Of a DNA stretch of 64,000 bases, positions 57,086-64,000 are shown piece by piece. The notes beneath the pieces were generated by a model. The model was not told the origin of the DNA and ran no database searches. It saw only the letters and a list, made by a program, of their open reading frames with translations. Numbering within the stretch: the first letter of the stretch is position 1; each line of letters begins with the position of its first letter. The stretch is from Chloroflexota bacterium (GTDB lineage Bacteria; Chloroflexota; UBA11872; VXOZ01), in NCBI GenBank assembly GCA_963663275.1, contig OY760183.1, forward strand, positions 2,048,001 through 2,112,000. Reading direction: 5' to 3'. The translations under genes and the position numbers were made by a program.

Positions 57086-60000
57086 ATGGAAGATCGCTTC
57101 TTTACACATCCAGTTTTGAATCCTCCCTACGAGTACCCATCGAGGCACTGGGAACTCGATGACGATGGTCAGCCGACGCATCGCATTAACGCGGGCAGAC
57201 GGCCGGCTGAGTTTCGGACTCCTATTCCCCAGCCGAAGAAAACCAAGGGGCAGCCTGTCCAGGAAAGACTTGCCGTCGGTGAAGCCGGTGGCAGCCCCGA
57301 GGATGACCAGCAGTCAGATATCGCCGCGAGGGTGGGGGAAATTCGAGGTTACGTAGACTTGTGGCGAGAAATGCCCGGCTCTGACAATTGGGGAGTCACC
57401 CCGGAGACTGCCCGGCTGCTCCAACACTGGCGCAACTATGACTTTAGCAGCTACCGCCCATTCTTCTGCCAGCTAGAAGCGGTCGAGACGATGATCTGGC
57501 TGACGGAAGTTGCGCCAAGGGAAAGGCCGGAAATCAGGGCCTTGTTGCGTAGCCTCGACCAAGCCAGCACGGACGCAAATCCTAATCTATTGCGCATGGC
57601 TCTCAAGCTGGCAACCGGAGCGGGCAAGACCACGGTAATGGCCATGCTCATCGCTTGGCAAACCGTCAACGCCGTGCGCCGGCCTGCCAGCAGAAACTTC
57701 ACGCGAGGCTTCCTGATTGTCACGCCCGGAATCACCATCAAAGACCGCTTGCGCGTACTCCAGCCGAACGATCCGGACAACTATTACGTGTCCCGTGAAC
57801 TCGTGCCGCCTGACATGCGCGAAGACATCAAGCGCGCCAAGATCGTCATCACCAATTACCACGCGTTCATGCTGCGCGAGCGCATGGACATCTCATCCGG
57901 CGGACGCGCCCTTCTGCAAGGCCGGGGCTCTGACTTGCTCACTCGAGAGACAGAGGGCCAGATGATCCAGCGCGTTATGCCCGACCTCATGAGTTTGAAG
58001 AACATCCTTGTGATGAACGATGAGGGACATCACTGCTACCGCGAGAAACCGGAGACCGAGGAAAGAACTCTTAAGGTCGAGGAAAAGCAAGAGGCAAGAA
58101 AGAATAACGAAGCCGCGCGCGTCTGGATTACGGGCCTGGAATCCGTCAAGAAAAGAGTTGGCGTCCGGCGGGTGATCGATCTCTCGGCAACGCCCTTCTT
58201 CTTGCGCGGTTCGGGCTATGAGGAAGGCACGCTGTTTCCCTGGACGGTAAGCAACTTTTCGCTGATGGACGCCATCGAGTGCGGAATTGTGAAGCTGCCG
58301 CGCGTGCCGGTCTCCGACAATATCCCCGGCAGCGACATGCCGACGTATCGGGCTCTTTGGGAGAACATCCGCAGGGATATGCCGAAGAAGGGACGAGGCA
58401 AGGCGAAGGGGCTCGAGCCCCTGGAGTTGCCCGTCACACTGCGGACCGCGCTGGAGGCGCTCTACGGCCACTACGACAGAACCTTCGACCTTTGGCAAGA
58501 CGCCAAGATCCCTGTACCTCCGTGTTTTGTCATCGTCTGCAACAATACTTCCACGTCCAAGCTCGTCTACGATTTCGTCTCCGGTTTCGAGCGAGAGGAT
58601 AAAGCCGGCGCCAAGCATGCAGTTTCAGGCCATTTTGCCCGCTTTTCCAATTACGATGAATTTGGGACCCGATTGGCGAGACCCTATACCATCCTTATCG
58701 ACAGCGAGCAGCTCGAGTCCGGTGAGGCGCTCAGTAGAGACTTTCGCACAATGGCTGCCGCCGAGATCGAGCAATTCCGCAAAGAACGGGTCGAACGTAC
58801 CGGCGATCGCAGGGAGGCGGAGAACATCACCGACCATGACTTGCTGCGGGAGGTCATGAATACGGTTGGCAAGGAAGACCGTCTTGGCGGCCAGATTCGC
58901 TGTGTCGTCTCAGTATCCATGCTGACAGAGGGGTGGGACGCCAACAACGTGACCCACATTCTGGGCGTGCGGGCGTTTGGCACCCAACTCCTTTGCGAGC
59001 AGGTGGTGGGCCGCGCGCTACGGCGCCAGTCGTACGAATTGAACAAGCAGAATCGCTTCAACGTCGAGTATGCCGACGTGCTCGGCGTTCCCTTTGACTT
59101 CACCGCGCAGCCGGTTGCGCCAAAACCGCAGCCGCCGCAGCGCCTGCTCCACGTCATGGCGGTGCGGCCCGACCGCGACGCCTGCGAAATCCGCTTTCCG
59201 CGGGTGGCCGGCTACCGGATCGAGTTGCCAAAGAGAGAACTATCCGCTCGCTTTACCCAGGATTCGAAGCTGCCGCTCACGCCAGAGTTGGTCGGCCCGA
59301 CGCGCACGCGAAATGAAGGCATCATTGGCGAAGGCGTCGACCTCAACCTCGTGCATACGCAGGTTCTTCGACTGCCCACAGTGGCATACCACCTGACCAA
59401 GCACTTGCTCCTCACAAAGTGGCGGGAAGACGGCAATGAACTGCCGGTAGCGTTCTTTGGCCGCCTCAAGCGCGTCGTTACCCAGTGGCTCGAAGAGTGC
59501 CTGGTCTGCAGCGGCGGCACGTATCCGGCGCAGCTTATGTATCCGACTATCGCGGAAATGGCGTGTGAACGGATCATGGCAGCGATTGTCAGAGCGAGTT
59601 CAGAAACAGCCGCGTCCAACGGGCAAGGGAATCAGATGCCCAAGGTGCTGCTCGACCCCTTCAATCCCACGGGCTCCACCGTGCACGTTAACTTTCGCAC
59701 GTCGAAAGTGGGCTGGCGGTCGGATCCCCGCAAGTGTCACGTGAACTACGTCATCCTGGACGGCGATTGGGAACGGGAATTTTGCGAGGTCGCGCAAAGG
59801 CATCCCCGTGTTCTGAGGTATGTCAAGAATCACGGCCTCGGTTTGGAGGCCCCGTACCACCTCGGCGGTATCAAACGCACGTACCTGCCGGACTTCATCG
59901 TCGTGCTCGATGATGGGCGCGGCGCGGACGACCCGTTGCGCCTGGTGGTGGAGATCAAAGGCTATCGCGGCGAAGATGCCAAGCAGAAGAAAGAGACCAT

Positions 60001-60142
60001 GGAAACGTACTGGGTGCCTGGGGTCAATGCGCTCGGCGCCTACGGCCGTTGGGCCTTCGCGGAGTTCACGGACGTGTTTGAGATAGAGGAGGAATTTAGT
60101 AGGATAGTGAGTGGAGAGTTGCCAGTGGCCGGTGGGCGGTAG
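57086..60142 (+). CDS. Type III restriction enzyme Res subunit (SF2 helicase plus PD-(D/E)xK nuclease)
   Basis: PFFCQLEA, LATGAGKT, NDEGHH, SATP, VSMLTEGWD, EQVVGRALRR, YLPDF...VEIKG. Confidence 0.92.
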   Translation: MEDRFFTHPVLNPPYEYPSRHWELDDDGQPTHRINAGRRPAEFRTPIPQPKKTKGQPVQERLAVGEAGGSPEDDQQSDIAARVGEIRGYVDLWREMPGSDNWGVTPETARLLQHWRNYDFSSYRPFFCQLEAVETMIWLTEVAPRERPEIRALLRSLDQASTDANPNLLRMALKLATGAGKTTVMAMLIAWQTVNAVRRPASRNFTRGFLIVTPGITIKDRLRVLQPNDPDNYYVSRELVPPDMREDIKRAKIVITNYHAFMLRERMDISSGGRALLQGRGSDLLTRETEGQMIQRVMPDLMSLKNILVMNDEGHHCYREKPETEERTLKVEEKQEARKNNEAARVWITGLESVKKRVGVRRVIDLSATPFFLRGSGYEEGTLFPWTVSNFSLMDAIECGIVKLPRVPVSDNIPGSDMPTYRALWENIRRDMPKKGRGKAKGLEPLELPVTLRTALEALYGHYDRTFDLWQDAKIPVPPCFVIVCNNTSTSKLVYDFVSGFEREDKAGAKHAVSGHFARFSNYDEFGTRLARPYTILIDSEQLESGEALSRDFRTMAAAEIEQFRKERVERTGDRREAENITDHDLLREVMNTVGKEDRLGGQIRCVVSVSMLTEGWDANNVTHILGVRAFGTQLLCEQVVGRALRRQSYELNKQNRFNVEYADVLGVPFDFTAQPVAPKPQPPQRLLHVMAVRPDRDACEIRFPRVAGYRIELPKRELSARFTQDSKLPLTPELVGPTRTRNEGIIGEGVDLNLVHTQVLRLPTVAYHLTKHLLLTKWREDGNELPVAFFGRLKRVVTQWLEECLVCSGGTYPAQLMYPTIAEMACERIMAAIVRASSETAASNGQGNQMPKVLLDPFNPTGSTVHVNFRTSKVGWRSDPRKCHVNYVILDGDWEREFCEVAQRHPRVLRYVKNHGLGLEAPYHLGGIKRTYLPDFIVVLDDGRGADDPLRLVVEIKGYRGEDAKQKKETMETYWVPGVNALGAYGRWAFAEFTDVFEIEEEFSRIVSGELPVAGGR

Positions 60143-60202
60143 CCGGTGAGGAGTCATTTCCGGCCCCCGGCGGCTGACCACCAACCACCAGAGAGGTGCG
60201 GC

Positions 60203-60493
60203 ATGAACAGAAATGGGACGCTGGAGTTGCTGAGGGAGCACAAGGCCACGCTTGCAGCGCGCTTTGGCGTCACCGGACTTGCGCTCTTCGGCTCGCTGGC
60301 CCGAGATGGAGCGGCAGACGGCAGTGACGTGGACATCTTGATCAGCTTTGACGGCCCGGCGGACTGGCGGCGCTTCTTCGGCGTCCAATTCTACCTTGAA
60401 GACCTTCTGGGAAGGCCGGTGGATTTGGTGACGGTCAAGAGCCTGCGCCCGGAACTCAGGCCATACGTGGAGCGGGAGTCCGTGCGTGTCTGA
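60203..60493 (+). CDS. Minimal nucleotidyltransferase (MNT) antitoxin
   Basis: LFGSLARD...SDVDILI, LEDLLGRPVDLV. Confidence 0.9.
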   Translation: MNRNGTLELLREHKATLAARFGVTGLALFGSLARDGAADGSDVDILISFDGPADWRRFFGVQFYLEDLLGRPVDLVTVKSLRPELRPYVERESVRV

Positions 60494-60845
60494 ATCCCGT
60501 CGAAGAGAGCGAGAGTGGCATTTCTACGTCAACGACATGATTGCGTGCTGCGAGAGAGTCTTGGCGTATACGGCTACCCTCGAACAGGCCGAATTTGTAG
60601 CCGATAGGCGCACCTATGACGCTGCGCTCTATAATGTTCTGCTCATTGGCGAGGCGGCCGCAAACCTTCCCGAATCTGTTCGCTCTGAGCACCGGGATGT
60701 CCCCTGGCGCGCACTGGTCGGTGCGCGCAACCGGATTGTCCATGGGCATTTCGCCGTTGACGACGATGTCATCTGGTCAATCATCCAGGACGCAATCCCT
60801 CTCTTGTTGCCGCAGTTGCGTGGGATCATCGATAAAGCGGAATAG
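60486..60845 (+). CDS. HepT-like DUF86 HEPN ribonuclease toxin
   Basis: IGEAA, VPWR, RNRIVH (Rx4H), DDVIW; overlaps the MNT gene. Confidence 0.88.
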   Translation: MSESRRREREWHFYVNDMIACCERVLAYTATLEQAEFVADRRTYDAALYNVLLIGEAAANLPESVRSEHRDVPWRALVGARNRIVHGHFAVDDDVIWSIIQDAIPLLLPQLRGIIDKAE

Positions 60846-60860
60846 AGGCAGTCTGACACC

Positions 60861-63845
60861 ATGCCCAAGCGAAAGAAATCCGCCAGGTCCGTGGAGGCGC
60901 TGACGCACACGGAGGAGAGCCGCAAGAATCTGCCGAGCGCGGAGCATCAGCCGCTGCTGCGGGAGGAAGAGCGGAACCCGTATCCGGTGCACTATGAGCG
61001 GCGCAACCGGGATCTTGACCCGCAGCTTGTCTGGCGCGGCAAGGATGAGCAGGATCTCGCGGATCTCGTCGTCAACGTGCCGCCGCTGTATATCCAGGAG
61101 CGGGTGCACCCCAAGGCGCTGGTTGACGACTTGCGGCGGTATAGTGACCGGTTGCCGGTAGCCGGCGGCCGGTCGTCAGCGGCCGGTGGTCAGGATGCGG
61201 GGGAGCAGGTGGCGCAGGGCAGTTTCGCGGACTTCTTTGCCGACTTCAACGGGCTGCCGTCCCCGGCGGCGGCTACCGAGTTCTACCAGCACGACGCCAA
61301 CTGGTCGAACCGCATGATCCTGGGCGACTCCTTGCAGGTGATGGCCTCGCTGGCGGAGCGCGAGGGGCTGCGCGGCCAGGTGCAGTGCATCTACCTGGAC
61401 CCGCCCTACGGCATCAAGTTCAACTCCAACTTCCAGTGGTCTACCACCAGCCGCGACGTGAGGGACGGCAAACTGGACCACGTCACCCGCGAGCCGGAAC
61501 AGGTGAAGGCCTTCCGCGACACCTGGCGCGACGGCATCCACTCTTACCTGACCTACCTGCGCGACCGCCTCACCGTCGCCCGCGATCTGCTGACCGAATC
61601 CGGCTCGATCTTCGTGCAGATCGGCGACGAGAACGTGCACCGCGTGAGGGCGCTGATGGATGAGGTGTTTGGGGACGAGAGATTCGTCGCAAACATTGTC
61701 TTTCAGAAGACTTCCTACAAGACTTCGAATACGCTTCAGACTACCTTTGATCACATCTTGTGGTACGCGAAACGCCAAGACCATATCAAGGCGAGGCAAC
61801 TCTATTTCGCCAAGATACCTGGTGGCATCGGTGCTTCTGGCTACTCTCAAGTAGAGTTGTCGGACGGCAGAAGAGTTCGCGTCAATGACTCCTTGTCCTT
61901 GAGAGACTCTGAAGATTCAAAGGTATTTGAGCTCACGTCCTTGATATCTGGAGGCGGCTCCTCCAAAGAAAGCAAATTTGAGTTTGAGGGAGAGGGTTTC
62001 ACCCCTGGTCAAGGCCAGCACTGGAAGACAACTCTGCCTGGGATGCAACGCTTGGCACACGCGAATCGCGTAGTAAAGTCTGGAAATAGACCGCGCTTCG
62101 TTCACTATCTTTCGGACTATGCTGTTTCGCAACAGACTGACAATTGGCTTGACACAAGGCTGTCTAGTTTTGGAGACGAGAAGCAATACGTGGTTCAGAC
62201 TGGCACCAAAATTATTGAACGCTGCATCCTCATGACCACCGACGCCGGCGATCTGGTACTTGATCCTACGTGCGGTTCTGGCACAACGGCGTACGTTGCT
62301 GAGCAGTGGGGGCGGCGCTGGATTACGATAGACACGTCGCGGGTGGCGCTGGCGTTGGCGCGGGCGCGCATCATGGGGGCGCGCTACCCGTACTACCTGC
62401 TCGCCGACAGCCCGGCAGGGCAGGCCAAGGAAGCGGAACTCACCGACAGGGCGGCGTCGGAGGCCGATACCTACGGCAGGCTGCGCCAGGGCTTCGTTTA
62501 CGAGCGGGTGCCCCACATCACGCTGCGGGCCATCGCCAATAATGCCGAGATTGACGTGATCTGGGAAGAATACGAGGAAAAGCTGGCGCCGCTGCGCGAG
62601 CGGTTGTCAGAAGTCAGTGGCCAGTGGTCGGTGGCTAGTGGTCAGGAGGAACCGGCCACGGGCCGCCGACCACTGGAAGAGTGGGAAGTCCCCCGTGAAC
62701 GCCCTGGCGACTGGCCACCGGCCACTGACTCGCTGCTTGCCGCCTACTGGGAACTGCGCATCGCCCGCCAGCAGGAGATCGACGGCTCCATTGCCCGCAA
62801 CGCCGACTACGAATACCTCTACGACAAGCCCTACGAAGACCGCAGCAAAGTGCGCGTGGCGGGGCCGTTCACCGTAGAGAGCATCTCGCCCCACCGCGTG
62901 CTGGCCGTGGATGAAAACGACGAGTTCGTAGAGGGTGTAGCGGAACCGAAGGGCGAGTTCGGCGAGACCGTGGACTTTCCTTCGGTAATCCTCGATAACC
63001 TGCGCGCGTCCGGCGTGCAGCAAGCCCACAAAGAAGACCGCATCACGTTCACCTCCGTGACACCCTGGCCTGGCCGCATGGTCTGCGCGGAAGGAAGGTA
63101 TGAAGAAGTGGCTAGTGGGCAGGGGTCAGTTGCTAGTGAAGAGAGCGGCGAGGGGTCAGTGGCTAGTGGGGAAAGTGAAGAGCGTGGAGTGGGACTAGCC
63201 ACCGGTCACTCGCCACTGACCACTTCCCGTCGGGCGGCCATCTTCATCGGCCCCGAATTCGGCACGGTCTCCCGCGCCGACCTATTCGAGGCAGCAGTCG
63301 AGGCCGCCGACGGCCGCTTCGACGTGCTCATTTCCTGCGCTTTCAACTACGAGGCCCACACCACCGAATTTGAAAGTCTTGGCCGCGTGCCGGTGCTCAA
63401 AGCGCGCATGAACCCTGATCTCCACATGGCGGACGAGCTCAAGAACACCGGCAACGGCAATCTGTTCGTGATCTTTGGCGAACCCGACATTGACATCCTC
63501 GACGCCGACGACGGACAAATTAGGGTAAAGATCAACGGCGTTGATGTCTTCAATCCTAGCAGCGGAGACGTGCACAGCGATGATCCGAACCGTATCCCCT
63601 GCTGGTTCATTGACACCGACTACAACGAAGAGAGCTTCTTCGTGCGCCACGCCTATTTTCCCGGCACCAACAACGATCCGTACAAATCGTTGAAGACCAC
63701 GCTCAAAGCCGAGATCAACCGCGAAGTCTGGGAGACTTTGCGCAGCGACACGTCGCGCCCGTTCGACAGACCTGAATCGGGGCGCATCGCCGTGAAAGTT
63801 ATCAATCATTTGGGCGATGAGGTGATGAAGGTGTTTAGGGTGTAG
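60861..63845 (+). CDS. Type III R-M Mod subunit, amino (probably m6A) DNA methyltransferase
   Basis: NRMILGDSL, IYLDPPYG, VLDPTCGSGTTA, IAVKVINHLGDEV. Confidence 0.92.
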   Translation: MPKRKKSARSVEALTHTEESRKNLPSAEHQPLLREEERNPYPVHYERRNRDLDPQLVWRGKDEQDLADLVVNVPPLYIQERVHPKALVDDLRRYSDRLPVAGGRSSAAGGQDAGEQVAQGSFADFFADFNGLPSPAAATEFYQHDANWSNRMILGDSLQVMASLAEREGLRGQVQCIYLDPPYGIKFNSNFQWSTTSRDVRDGKLDHVTREPEQVKAFRDTWRDGIHSYLTYLRDRLTVARDLLTESGSIFVQIGDENVHRVRALMDEVFGDERFVANIVFQKTSYKTSNTLQTTFDHILWYAKRQDHIKARQLYFAKIPGGIGASGYSQVELSDGRRVRVNDSLSLRDSEDSKVFELTSLISGGGSSKESKFEFEGEGFTPGQGQHWKTTLPGMQRLAHANRVVKSGNRPRFVHYLSDYAVSQQTDNWLDTRLSSFGDEKQYVVQTGTKIIERCILMTTDAGDLVLDPTCGSGTTAYVAEQWGRRWITIDTSRVALALARARIMGARYPYYLLADSPAGQAKEAELTDRAASEADTYGRLRQGFVYERVPHITLRAIANNAEIDVIWEEYEEKLAPLRERLSEVSGQWSVASGQEEPATGRRPLEEWEVPRERPGDWPPATDSLLAAYWELRIARQQEIDGSIARNADYEYLYDKPYEDRSKVRVAGPFTVESISPHRVLAVDENDEFVEGVAEPKGEFGETVDFPSVILDNLRASGVQQAHKEDRITFTSVTPWPGRMVCAEGRYEEVASGQGSVASEESGEGSVASGESEERGVGLATGHSPLTTSRRAAIFIGPEFGTVSRADLFEAAVEAADGRFDVLISCAFNYEAHTTEFESLGRVPVLKARMNPDLHMADELKNTGNGNLFVIFGEPDIDILDADDGQIRVKINGVDVFNPSSGDVHSDDPNRIPCWFIDTDYNEESFFVRHAYFPGTNNDPYKSLKTTLKAEINREVWETLRSDTSRPFDRPESGRIAVKVINHLGDEVMKVFRV

Positions 63846-63853
63846 TTGCTACT

Positions 63854-64000
63854 CTAGCCACACCAGGAGACCATAGTGCGCGCGAAGATGCGGGTGAGGT
63901 CGATTAAGTCCTCCACGTAGATGTACTCGTTGGGGGCGTGGGCGTTGTCGCCGCCGACGCCGACGGTGACGACCGGGGTGGGGCTGTGCAGGTTGAAAAC
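63854..64000 (-). CDS. C-terminus of an M20/ArgE-DapE family metallopeptidase (rest outside window)
   Basis: ...PVVTVGVGGDNAHAPNEYIYVEDLIDLTRIFA...WCG*. Confidence 0.7.
   Translation of the reverse strand, partial: VFNLHSPTPVVTVGVGGDNAHAPNEYIYVEDLIDLTRIFARTMVSWCG

Overview
GC-rich bacterial window, probably Chloroflexota-like and possibly host-associated. That placement is inferred from Pro/Thr-linker lipoproteins, Tat-lipoprotein binding proteins and NHL/PD40 repeat proteins; no marker gene confirms it. Housekeeping genes (miaA, dapF, dapL-like, prs, ddl, murF, selB, phhB, TPP riboswitch plus CytX-like permease) alternate with accessory blocks: hydantoinase A/B, three paralogous lipoproteins, three tandem GNATs, an ABC-2 system with a duplicated permease pair, a GH29 fucosidase, a frameshifted multi-Cache lipoprotein, and a type III R-M locus with an MNT-HEPN pair between res and mod. 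Intergenic DNA is dense in GTAG-type REP palindromes and several MITEs with recognisable TIRs and target duplications, one of them interrupted by an IS30 element. The most notable observations are: (1) a NYN/PIN-like nuclease gene preceded by a sigma70-like promoter and a leader of three repeated hairpins ending in a terminator-like stem, resembling type III toxin-antitoxin architecture; (2) a GPP34-like domain-cytochrome P450 fusion with a non-canonical I-helix, clustered with a Rieske oxygenase, an MMPL transporter and a flavoprotein; (3) a UxxC selenoprotein redoxin that the ORF track splits in two, with a SECIS-like hairpin, next to ccdA; (4) REP and heptamer elements kept in frame inside proteins.
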